In this document: positions 20,113-28,376 of the stretch, one piece after another
How positions within the stretch are numbered: the first letter of the stretch is position 1
Layout: every line of letters begins with the position of its first letter
Origin: Candidatus Bathyarchaeota archaeon
GTDB taxonomy: Archaea > Thermoproteota > Bathyarchaeia > Bathyarchaeales > Bathycorpusculaceae
NCBI GenBank assembly: GCA_963775465.1
Contig: CAVZIW010000003.1
Span: 288,001 to 352,000 of the forward strand
Direction: 5' to 3'
Length of the DNA: 64,000 nt
Program-made: the position numbers and the translations under genes
Notes under the pieces: model-generated
Databases searched by the model: none
Seen by the model: the letters and a program-made list of their open reading frames with translations, nothing else
What the model was told of the DNA's origin: nothing

Positions 20113-20696
20113 TCAACGTCCTATACTCACCGTTTGACTGTCAAGAGCAAGCGTATCAAGCATTAACGTAATTGTCAATTACATTCCGACAAAGCTTGCT
20201 TTCGGTCTTCCCAACCAGTTAAAAAGCTGACCTGCGAAGTCTGTAGTTCATTAACCTGAACAACTCCAAGCTGATAAGGAGTTACATTAATAAAAAAATT
20301 GTCGATGCCGGTTGTGTTCCCTTCAAGTTTTAACGCTAAAGTTACTCCACCTATAGATGTTGTTCCCACATTCTGGTATGTCACGTTGATAACTTTGCGG
20401 TAAGGATCGCTCATTCCATTTTTTACCCAAGGTTCTATCGAAATATCAGTGAACGCCGCATTGACAATTGGGTTTTGTAGGTCGTAGATTTGAGCTTCTA
20501 GACTACCTGCTTTAGTCTGAAGACTGCCAGTCAGATTTTCGTAGTGCGCTAATTGGCTTCGCAATGCATTTACTTGCTTTCGGGCGCCGTCAATTTGATC
20601 CGCGAGAGTCAAAGCTGAAAAAGCAATGCCAATAACAACTGCTACGAGCAAACAAATTACCAATAGAAAAACCACCAACTCGGCACTTTTTCTCAT
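20113..20696 (-). pseudogene. Paralog of 19444-20037, frameshifted near its 3' end
   Basis: ORF stops at 20175 but another frame continues LTITLMLDTLALDSQTVSIGR*, matching the paralog end IAVTLMMDKTVLDTQKLSL. Confidence 0.65.
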
Positions 20697-20713
20697 TTTA
20701 TCCCTCGCATTAG

Positions 20714-21610
20714 CTACCCAATTTTCCTTTTTTGTGTTTTTTTGTGGTAGACCAACAAACCAGCAACCGCCAAGACCGCAGCGGCGACGAAAACAACGAC
20801 AACAAATGCAGTTGGGAACGGCTCTGGCATAGCTATGGTGAAATATACCGTTTCTGAGGACCCCGTGTTTCCTGCAGTATCAGTTGCATAAAACGTAATG
20901 TTGTGTTCACCGTTGACCAAGCCTGCTAAGGTCATGTTGCCTGTAATCGTTACGTTGTCTTGTCCATCGAGCATATAGGCGCATTTCGAAAACAACTCTT
21001 CAATTTTAAAATCAGTGGAAATAATATTCGAATCATAAGTCATGTTTTTTGGAGAGAAAACCGTGATTTTCGGCGCAATAGTGTCCACAGCAAAAAAGAC
21101 TGTAGCGCTATTGTTTGCCATTGTTAGGTCACGGTACTGAAGATAATACTCGAATGTACCTTCAAGTTTCTCGATGCTTGAGTAATGCCACACTGTTGTG
21201 TAAATTATTATAGAATGATTTCCTTCAGGAATATCGGTCAATTCTAATGACCTAAATAATTTGCTAGTAGGCTCTACAAAGGTTCTTGGATAAACAAGCT
21301 GAGCCATTAGTTCTCTTAGGAAATATCCATCAAATGAAAATATTGTTTTGTTCTCCTTTTGCCAGTCTGTCTCATAGCTTATGTTAGAAATTAGCGAATG
21401 GTCTGTAGTTTCTCCAAGCGTTATGTTGAAATCGAGTTTGACAGTTCTAGTATTGTACAGTTCATTGTTTTCTGGAGAGGAAATAGATATTTTAATTAAC
21501 GATTCGGCGTCACGCTCATATGGGGGATAAGCTTTGACGAACTGTGTTCCAGCTATTATCGTCAGTAAGATTGTTGAGATAAGGATCGTCACTATTACTG
21601 CTTTTCTCAT
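20714..21610 (-). CDS. Secreted Ig-like (Big-type) domain protein with C-terminal TM anchor
   Basis: ISISSPEN, PEGNHSI, DTIAPKI, GEHNITFYATDTAGN, PEPFPT followed by TM. Confidence 0.82.
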   Translation of the reverse strand: MRKAVIVTILISTILLTIIAGTQFVKAYPPYERDAESLIKISISSPENNELYNTRTVKLDFNITLGETTDHSLISNISYETDWQKENKTIFSFDGYFLRELMAQLVYPRTFVEPTSKLFRSLELTDIPEGNHSIIIYTTVWHYSSIEKLEGTFEYYLQYRDLTMANNSATVFFAVDTIAPKITVFSPKNMTYDSNIISTDFKIEELFSKCAYMLDGQDNVTITGNMTLAGLVNGEHNITFYATDTAGNTGSSETVYFTIAMPEPFPTAFVVVVFVAAAVLAVAGLLVYHKKTQKRKIG

Positions 21611-21660
21611 CGTTAATATCAGCTATTATTCTCTGTTTGGGTGGTGTTAAAAGGGTTCTT

Positions 21661-21713
21661 GTCAAGGTTTCTGAACTAACCTCAATTTTTTTAAGTCAAG
21701 GATTGTTGGCTAA
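21661..21713 (-). promoter_or_regulatory. Tandem TTAGTCAA-N6-TTGAC-like boxes
   Basis: Minus strand TTAGCCAACAATCCTTGAC and TTAGTTCAGAAACCTTGAC, 34 bp apart, upstream of the 21610 start. Confidence 0.55.
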
Positions 21714-22131
21714 CAAAAAGTTAGAGGATTGGGACTCATCGGAAGTCAATCTTTCCCCTCAACGCCTAAGATACTTTGCAAACAAGGCTTCTTCACTAAT
21801 CAATGTGTCAACGGTTTGTCTTTTTCCAACCTTGATTCATTCAACATCAACCATGCGGGTCAAAGAAAACATTAAAATCCTCAGCTAAACTTTAAGTCAC
21901 CCATAAGCACGTGATCTTCAGGAGCAAAATCTATACACAATTGATGTTTTGCATGCGGAAACTGGAAAACTCTAACTGAAATGGTAAACAATAGCGATAG
22001 GCATAGTTTTCATATTTTCTGAAGATCTGATTTGCTATATATTATAATTACGTCCTTGTAAAATTCTAAAATGGGCAATTTCCGAAACAGCTATTTAATT
22101 CGAAATTAAATGCATAAGCAAGGTGTGTCAC

Positions 22132-22206
22132 ATGGTTTTTGAAGAAGAAGATGATTGCGGTTGCGATGAAGATTGCAACTGTGAAGAATGCGAAGATGAA
22201 GAGTAA
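22132..22206 (+). CDS. Putative 24-aa acidic Cys-rich peptide MVFEEEDDCGCDEDCNCEECEDEE
   Basis: TATA-like TATTTAATT and Shine-Dalgarno AGGTG upstream, oligo-T tract downstream; below the ORF-track length cutoff. Confidence 0.55.
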   Translation: MVFEEEDDCGCDEDCNCEECEDEE

Positions 22207-22254
22207 GTAAAACTCATCACCTTTTTTTTGTGCATTAAATTTAATTAAAAAACT

Positions 22255-22467
22255 CTAAGGCGTGAAAATAGTCAAGTAATTGTCGTTCATTTTACATGTC
22301 AACTCTTTTTTTCTTACGAATAATGCAATTGCGTGACGGTCATAATCGCCTCTAATCTGCAATCGATATCTGTCTGATTCGTTGCGTTCAATAAGAACTA
22401 ACTTGGGATTAACAAGTTTGTTAGCTCCTAATTCATTTAATAAAACTGTTGCCTCTTCCTCTTTCAT
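22255..22467 (-). CDS. Small hypothetical protein resembling 49377-49607
   Basis: MKEEEATVLLNELGAN...LFVRKKEL; similar size and residue pattern to 49377-49607. Confidence 0.6.
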   Translation of the reverse strand: MKEEEATVLLNELGANKLVNPKLVLIERNESDRYRLQIRGDYDRHAIALFVRKKELTCKMNDNYLTIFTP

Positions 22468-22634
22468 GTGCTTTTCCCTAAGTCGACAAATGAGTCGTTC
22501 AAGATTAAGATTATGCAATTGAATCAAAAAACTAATGGATTGATTCTCGCAAATGGCAGCAAGGAATTATTTGATAACATCGATACAGCAAAAGTTAAGG
22601 TCGTGGTAATGGTGATGGTAAATAGTGACGCAAA

Positions 22635-22871
22635 ATGGAAGTAGCCATCGACAAGCAAGGACGCATAGTCATACCAAAAGAAATCAGAGATAAGTATGGC
22701 CTTTCAGACGATGATAAATTGGAATTAGTGGCCCGAGAAGATCTTATAGAACTCATTCCGTTGACAGATAAAGATGACCTAGCAATTCATTCTCTAAGAG
22801 AACCCTGCAAAACAGGCAATCCAGAAGCGAGAAAGAAGACTTTCTCAAGGGAGAAAGCTTGGAAACGATGA
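22635..22871 (+). CDS. AbrB/MazE/SpoVT-family antitoxin
   Basis: IDKQGRIVIPKEIRDKYGL. Confidence 0.88.
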   Translation: MEVAIDKQGRIVIPKEIRDKYGLSDDDKLELVAREDLIELIPLTDKDDLAIHSLREPCKTGNPEARKKTFSREKAWKR

Positions 22872-23170
22872 GATTAATAGATGTAGACATACTCTCTTAC
22901 GCTCTCTTTGAGAAACATGACGCTCACATATACTGTTGGTCGCTGCTGCAGAATGCAGTTAATGGAAAAACACGCGTAGCAATCTCCATTACTAGTCTAC
23001 TTGAACCTATCACGCATTAGTAGACGACTATCAGATAGAAAGAGAAGAAGCAACATACAAGCTAGTCTACTGATTGCTAATTGATTGCCTCGTTTACGAT
23101 AAATCCATATTCGAACTCCAGCAACATAACGCTTAAGCTCAAACCAATGGGATTGAAAGTACCCTAGAAT
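22868..23170 (+). pseudogene. Disrupted PIN-domain (VapC) toxin
   Basis: ATGA overlap with the antitoxin; MRLIDVDILSYALFEKH...SLLE then frameshift and apparent internal deletion; end approximate. Confidence 0.7.
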
Positions 23171-23428
23171 TTGCAAAGGTTTAGTCTTCGATACTTTGGC
23201 ATTACACTAATCCTGCGTTTTTAGTCAGAAGAAGAAAATAAGCTCTTTCTTTTTTCTTTGTTAGTTATAGGTTTCTAAAGCGTTCAACTGTATTGCGATG
23301 GAAACTTAAAACTATGAAAAGTTATCTATACACCCAAAATGCCACTCTGGACCTCTTGAGCATAATTATCAAAGGCGCCCCAACTTTTCAAATGTTTTTA
23401 TGTGAAGCCTGCTTTATCTAGAGCGTAG

Positions 23429-23719
23429 GTGTTTTATATGGTTGAAGATTTTGAACAAGACGATTTCGACATTCTTGACCAAAAAGCCAAACAGGTTCTC
23501 AAAGTCCTATCTCAATTTGATAAAGGTCTGCTAGTGAAAGTGGACCTCTTACATAGAAAGACAGGTTTAATGCCTGAAGGTCTCAACGACGCAGTGAGAC
23601 ACCTGTCAAAATCCAAGCTCATCGACGTACTTGAAACGCCAAAAAGAATAGCGCCCTACGAGTTCTACGTCGTCGAAATAACCGATTTTGGACGAGAAGT
23701 GCTCGCAAAATTCGGATAA
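23429..23719 (+). CDS. Small winged-helix protein
   Basis: LNDAVRHLSKSKLI...VEITDFGREVL wHTH-like pattern. Confidence 0.6.
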   Translation: MFYMVEDFEQDDFDILDQKAKQVLKVLSQFDKGLLVKVDLLHRKTGLMPEGLNDAVRHLSKSKLIDVLETPKRIAPYEFYVVEITDFGREVLAKFG

Positions 23720-23937
23720 AGCCACTCAGCTTCAATTAAGCTGCTCTCAATTTTTTTAAAGTTGAAGATGTGATTTTAGTTAGCAATTTTTAGACCTGCT
23801 CAAGAGGCACCTTAAATTTTGTCAATTAACTCCATTATCTTGGCATAAGTCTCCACGTTACTCGCTATCCTGACGAAATCATGTCCTTAACAGCGATCTT
23901 GCAAGTTGTTGATGAGATTCTGCTATACTTGTGATCA

Positions 23938-24195
23938 TCTGGGTAAACTACCAAGAAGGGGTCAGGCTCCATCTTCACATACGCAAACACGGCTAGCGCT
24001 ATACTCCAAAAGACGTCGGCTGGCTTCCGTTGGGGTGAGAGTAGCATCTGGCGTCATCTTTACATATCTCATAATGTTCGGACGTTTAATTCGCTGCAGA
24101 TATCCCCTCGATATGGGCGCCCCCAGTTGAGCAGTGGATAGAAGACTTGGTTGTTTAGAGGTCTCTGTTTAAGCAAACCAGTCATTTCATTTTGG
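23938..24195 (-). pseudogene. Degenerate copy (D) of the terminase large subunit 3' end
   Basis: Reads NEMTGLLKQR..FYPLLNWGRPYRGDICSELNV / ...YSHPNG / ADVFWSIALAVFAYVKMEPDPFLVVYP with frameshifts. Confidence 0.88.
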
Positions 24196-24225
24196 TGCAA
24201 CAGGATAAATTGCTTCTAAGCCCCT

Positions 24226-25533
24226 TCAGCTAACTAGCAGAAACAGCCATGCAGGAATTACCCAAATTGTCTTATCATCCTGCTTGATTTCGTTTAGAGA
24301 TTCTTCGCTTATGAGGATTCCAATATCTGCTTTGTTTTCTTTCATAAACCTGAGGATCCCTTTTAGCTCATTTTTTCCTATTTCTTTTCTATACTTAATT
24401 TCTAATGGGATCAGCTTTTTGTTTTGTTCAAGAACCACGTCAACTTCGTTTGTTCCTCGCCGCCAATAATATCTTGCTCTGCAAGAAACTACCACCAAGT
24501 TTTCGATTACTTTGGACAATGTTTCCTTTTCTTGGAAGCTTTGAGGGTCAAGTGAGAATATGATGCCTGTTGAGAGAACATAGGTTTTTGGAAGTTTCCT
24601 GATAGAAATTGCGCCTTTCCGATAGTTTGATGTTTGATGGAGGAGCAAGGCATATTTTAGAAGTTGGAAATAGTTTGAAATTGTTCTTCTATCTCTCTTC
24701 AAATCGTTTGAAAGGCTAATGTAATTAGTAAGCATGCCAGGGTTTGCACAAACCATTTGTATTATTTTTTCAAATAGTTCAAAATCTCGCTTTTCAATCA
24801 GAAAAGCGAAATCTTTGAAGAGAACTCTATCGGTGACGCTATTTCGAATATACTCGGCAATCATTTTCTCGTTATTTTCTTCAGTTAACTCTGGAAAACC
24901 GCCCTTTCTCACATAGTCAAAGAATAGAGGCAGCAATCTTGTTTGTTTTAGGTATTCTTCTTTGAGACTTGTATAGTCAAATTCAACATGTCCAATAGGC
25001 ATGTGTTTGAGACCTAAGAATTCTTTGAAATCAAGTGGGCTAACGGATACAGAGAAGAACCGTCCGGCCAGTTTTTCTCTAACGGACCTCTCAATCAGTA
25101 ACGAAGCTGAGCCAGATACAACAAATTTGATTTTTGGGTAAAGATCGTAGAATGTTTTTAGTTTTCCTTCCCAACCTTTTGAGTATTGCACTTCGTCGAG
25201 GAAAATGTAGATTTTTTCTGTGATTGATGAGAAACCTGTCATTAAAACATTTTTTTCAAAATGCTCCAGCACCTGTCCTAAATCTTTTTTTTCTTCATCG
25301 AAGGAAAAATAGAGAATATTTCTAGGTTTAACCCCCTGCGATAGTAATTCTTGAATGATTTGGAAAATGATTGTGCTCTTTCCAACCCGCCTCAAACCTG
25401 TGATAACTATGATTTGCCTGTTCGCTATTTCGTCTAAAACCTGAAAGTAACAGGCTCGTTTGAAAGGTTTGGCTAAGTCTTCCGAGATTTTGCCTGTGGC
25501 CCAATGCTGATTAAATCTTTGCAAATGCGCCAT
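24226..25533 (-). CDS. AAA_14 ATPase with DUF4143 / C-terminal nuclease-like domain
   Basis: GLRRVGKST, IFLDEVQ, SGSAS, LAGR, GGFPE, YW..EVD..IPLEIK. Confidence 0.9.
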   Translation of the reverse strand: MAHLQRFNQHWATGKISEDLAKPFKRACYFQVLDEIANRQIIVITGLRRVGKSTIIFQIIQELLSQGVKPRNILYFSFDEEKKDLGQVLEHFEKNVLMTGFSSITEKIYIFLDEVQYSKGWEGKLKTFYDLYPKIKFVVSGSASLLIERSVREKLAGRFFSVSVSPLDFKEFLGLKHMPIGHVEFDYTSLKEEYLKQTRLLPLFFDYVRKGGFPELTEENNEKMIAEYIRNSVTDRVLFKDFAFLIEKRDFELFEKIIQMVCANPGMLTNYISLSNDLKRDRRTISNYFQLLKYALLLHQTSNYRKGAISIRKLPKTYVLSTGIIFSLDPQSFQEKETLSKVIENLVVVSCRARYYWRRGTNEVDVVLEQNKKLIPLEIKYRKEIGKNELKGILRFMKENKADIGILISEESLNEIKQDDKTIWVIPAWLFLLVS

Positions 25534-25537
25534 ATCT

Positions 25538-25586
25538 GTACACTACTGTGTACTAATATTTAAGTTATAAGTACAATGCAATGTAC
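25538..25586. promoter_or_regulatory. Two GTACA-N6-TGTAC palindromes flanking the AT-rich promoter of the AAA_14 gene
   Basis: GTACACTACTGTGTAC (25538-25553) and GTACAATGCAATGTAC (25571-25586). Confidence 0.55.
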
Positions 25587-25629
25587 AGAAAAGTATGTTC
25601 CAATCCAATCTTGACAGGATATTAAATTC

Positions 25630-25810
25630 CTAAATTGTTAAGAAAAAACTCTGATCTCAATCAAGAACAAACACTGCCTAATACTCTGGTTCAACAGACG
25701 TCCGCTGGGGTCAGTTAGGGTGAGAGTGGCATATTGCGCTTCATTGCGCAGCTTATAGAGATCGACTTTTTATTCGCTACATAATTCCCCGCGTTAGGTC
25801 ATTAATGTTC
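25630..25810 (-). pseudogene. Highly degenerate copy (C) of the terminase large subunit 3' end
   Basis: RGELCSE*KVDLYKLRNE...HSHPN...DV...AVF, matching RGDICSELNVERYELRKD...YSHP...DVFW..LAVF. Confidence 0.7.
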
Positions 25811-25828
25811 CGCAATAATGTTTATCTG

Positions 25829-25846
25829 TGTATGTGTACACATACA
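25829..25846. promoter_or_regulatory. Perfect 18-bp palindrome, probable vapBC autoregulatory operator
   Basis: TGTATGTGTACACATACA immediately upstream of the vapB ATG. Confidence 0.6.
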
Positions 25847-25852
25847 TATTTC

Positions 25853-26086
25853 ATGGGAACGAAAACCATTTCGATAAAAGATGAAGCATATAAAGCACTT
25901 CTCCACGAAAAAACTGACAAGGAGAGCTTTACTGACACAATCCTGCGCATAACAAAAAAGTCAGGCAAAATTGCAGATTGCTTCGGAGCCTGGGAAATGA
26001 CTGACGAAGAGGAAGCAGCCATCAAGGTTGAACTCGCCAAGGGATGGCATCTGGTTCAAGAGAGAATTTCCAATGAAGTGCCTTGA
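25853..26086 (+). CDS. vapB: Archaeal VapB-family antitoxin
   Basis: MGTKTISIKDEAYKAL...ESFTDTILR pattern. Confidence 0.85.
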   Translation: MGTKTISIKDEAYKALLHEKTDKESFTDTILRITKKSGKIADCFGAWEMTDEEEAAIKVELAKGWHLVQERISNEVP

Positions 26087-26465
26087 CACTGATCTTCTTG
26101 TCGCTATTTTGCGTGGGAAGGAAGAGGCGAAGAGAATAGTCGCTGAGCTAGACGAGGGAGCCAAAGGCGCAACTACGTCTGTGAATGCGTTTGAACTATT
26201 CTTCGGCGCCAACAAATCAGGAAGAAAAGACGAGAATATTAAGCAAGCTTCAAAACTACTTGAGAGACTCATAATTTTTTCTTTAGATTTTGCTTCTTCA
26301 CAGAAAGCTGCCGAAATATCGGCAAAACTAGTAGCCAAAGGAGAAACAATCGATTTTAGAGACGCAATGATAGCGGCAATAGCCGTAGAGAACGGTTTAA
26401 CACTGGTTACTCGCAACAAGAGCCACTTTAAGAGAGTTAAAGGCTTACAAATAGAAGAATGGTAA
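26073..26465 (+). CDS. vapC: VapC PIN-domain toxin
   Basis: CLDTDLLV, FELFFG, DAMIAAIA, LVTRNKSHF. Confidence 0.92.
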   Translation: MKCLDTDLLVAILRGKEEAKRIVAELDEGAKGATTSVNAFELFFGANKSGRKDENIKQASKLLERLIIFSLDFASSQKAAEISAKLVAKGETIDFRDAMIAAIAVENGLTLVTRNKSHFKRVKGLQIEEW

Positions 26466-26481
26466 CTGTATAGTATATGAG

Positions 26482-26512
26482 CGATTCTGGGTTCAAATCC
26501 CAGTGGTCAACA
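26482..26512 (+). other. tRNA 3'-half-like fragment (T-arm), possible att-site remnant
   Basis: CTGGG-TTCAAAT-CCCAG perfect 5-bp stem with canonical T-loop (26487-26503); no tRNA 5' half upstream. Confidence 0.55.
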
Positions 26513-26543
26513 TTTGTACTGCCCAAATAGGCAATTTGGTCTT

Positions 26544-26990
26544 TTAGCTTCGCGGGATAACTGCTGAGAATGGTTCTGGCTCCATCTGCACGGATGCGAA
26601 CACGGCTAATGCTATGCTCCAGAAGACGTCGTCATGTGTGCCTCCAGGGTGCGAATAGCCTATGGTGCCGTCTTTGCGTAGCTCATAGCGTTCGACATTT
26701 AGTTCGCTACAGATGTCTCCTCTGCAGGGTTTTTCCCAGTTTAGTTAGGGATAGTAGAATTTGCCGCTGGTCATGCGTTGCTTTAGAAGGCTTGCCATCT
26801 CGCTTTTACGTAGCACAAAATAGTTGGCACCTTCGGAGTTCTCTGTGCCCGCACTGTTTCTATGTCAGAGATAAAGCTAGATCCCTCATGGGTAATATTA
26901 ACTCTGATGATCTCTTTTTTCATAGTACCATGTGTTGCTTTCCTTGTACGAAAAGACTCCAGAATGGTTTTGTAAAAAGCTGTTGATCGC
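26544..26990 (-). pseudogene. Copy (B) of the terminase large subunit 3' region
   Basis: 26549-26807 is identical to 28382-28640; 26808 to about 26990 is diverged and frameshifted (IIRVNITHEGSSFISDIE vs RIRVDFTREGPSFIAEME). Confidence 0.92.
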
Positions 26991-27032
26991 AAATTATAAA
27001 ATCTAAATCGAATAACACTTTGCTGGATTAGT

Positions 27033-27371
27033 TTGAAGAAAAGAATACCACCTGATGAGCTTAGAGCTACGTTCGATTTTCAGATGTTCTATAAGAACCT
27101 AAAAGAGAACTCTGCAACTTACAAGCAAATAACAGCTTGCTTAGATGTTCTGCGCCAAGACCTTGCTGTTGGTGAGAAAATTGAGCGAACCAAGTTTCCT
27201 GAAGTTTATCTGCGTAGATATGGAATTACTAACCTGTACAGATTAGCGGTTGGCAAAGGTAGTCGCTTATTGTATACGGTCATCGCTCAAGACTCCAAGA
27301 AAGTTATATGCGTTTTAGAGTATTTTCCAAGCCACAAGGATTATGATAAGAGATTTGGATATTCGTCTTAA
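27033..27371 (+). CDS. RelE/ParE-like putative toxin
   Basis: YGITNLYRLAVGKGSRLLYTV...LEYFPSHKDYDKRFGY, RelE-like fold pattern. Confidence 0.65.
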   Translation: MKKRIPPDELRATFDFQMFYKNLKENSATYKQITACLDVLRQDLAVGEKIERTKFPEVYLRRYGITNLYRLAVGKGSRLLYTVIAQDSKKVICVLEYFPSHKDYDKRFGYSS

Positions 27372-27372
27372 T

Positions 27373-27651
27373 CTAAAGTTTGACGCTTGTTTGTAGTAAT
27401 TCCTGAAGCTTTGGATTGTCGGGAAAAATCCAAACTATTCTTCTGCCGTCAAAGATTATTTTGTTAGAGCTTTCAAGGTACTTTAGTATGCGGTTGAAAG
27501 TTTGGTATTGAATTTTTTTTGGGAGGATTTCCCATAATTGCTTTCTGGTAGGGTATGAACCGGACTTCTTAATAGCATTCTCAACCATAAGGATAGTATC
27601 AAGACGTGGTTCATGAAGGGTTTGTGTCATTATTTTCTTACCTCTCAACAT
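27373..27651 (-). CDS. Small winged-helix protein (putative antitoxin or regulator)
   Basis: LHEPRLDTILMVE...LWEILPKKIQYQTF..IL.YLESSNKI; probable start 27630. Confidence 0.7.
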   Translation of the reverse strand: MLRGKKIMTQTLHEPRLDTILMVENAIKKSGSYPTRKQLWEILPKKIQYQTFNRILKYLESSNKIIFDGRRIVWIFPDNPKLQELLQTSVKL

Positions 27652-27844
27652 ACCATATTATACAAACTTATATAACTTTTGTACCCAGTGCTTTCTAACA
27701 AATTGGATTGCACCTTCCTTTGCAGTGTATTCTTGGGATCTCTACGTCGCATACGCGTCAACTTAGAAAGCCGAACTCTCAAAGTTTGGATGAAGGGGAC
27801 AAAAATAGCATAAGAGCCACAATAATTGTTATTAGGTGAGACGT

Positions 27845-28234
27845 AAGATCTCAAGCATCTGACCGATAGTTGCAATCTCTGCGTTCAAACTTTCTGAGTG
27901 TCAATAGGTGTTTGTCTCCGCTTACAATATAGTCTGCCTTGCCATTGAAGGTATGAGGAAAACTAAATTATCGTCAGGTCTTCCAATATGACCTTCAGGT
28001 TGCCGCTAACAGATGTCACTGTGATCTTCCTTAGTAGAAGTGAAATAAACAAATCGATTTGAGCGTTAGTTATTATAAATTTATTCCTTGATAGGATATA
28101 AGCAAGCTCAGCCACCATTTGGCTAGACAATATTACCGTATGTTTGTCTAGCAATCTTTGAACGAGCTCTAAGGGGTTTCCTTTTTTAATTAGCGCTGGG
28201 GCACTAAGACGTTAGTGTCAATAAGTAGAGTCAT
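27845..28234 (-). pseudogene. Frameshifted PIN-family toxin (PIN_3 type)
   Basis: MTLLIDTNVLV / ...ILSSQMVAEL...ILED / PDDN...ADYIVSGDKHLL across frames. Confidence 0.8.
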
Positions 28235-28235
28235 T

Positions 28236-28376
28236 CTATTCGCCTTTTCGGCCTCGCTTCTCAAGCCTGTAGCTCTGAATTTCTTTTAGGAGCTCCTTTT
28301 CAGAAATTTTCCCTTTTTGTTGTTTCCTGACTTCACTAGCCAGCTTTTCTAATTCTTCCCCAAAAGAAGGAAAACT
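28236..28376 (-). pseudogene. 5'-truncated antitoxin C-terminus
   Basis: FPSFGEELEKLASEVRKQQKGKISEKELLKEIQSYRLEKR...* directly upstream of the PIN gene; no start codon, abuts the terL stop. Confidence 0.55.

Noticed and set aside
23352-23807. 11-bp inverted repeat CCTCTTGAGCA flanking the wHTH gene
   Set aside because: Short enough to arise by chance; no transposase or target-site duplication seen
23865-24047. 60-aa ORF, and the 69-aa ORF at 26783-26992, as independent genes
   Set aside because: Both are frameshifted pieces of terL remnants
26482-26512. Complete tRNA gene
   Set aside because: Only the T-arm is present; upstream sequence is the vapC 3' end and cannot form the D or anticodon arms
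26570-26986. Plus-strand ORFs MVLAPSARMRTR... (also 28403-28654)
   Set aside because: Antisense shadows of the duplicated terL 3' end
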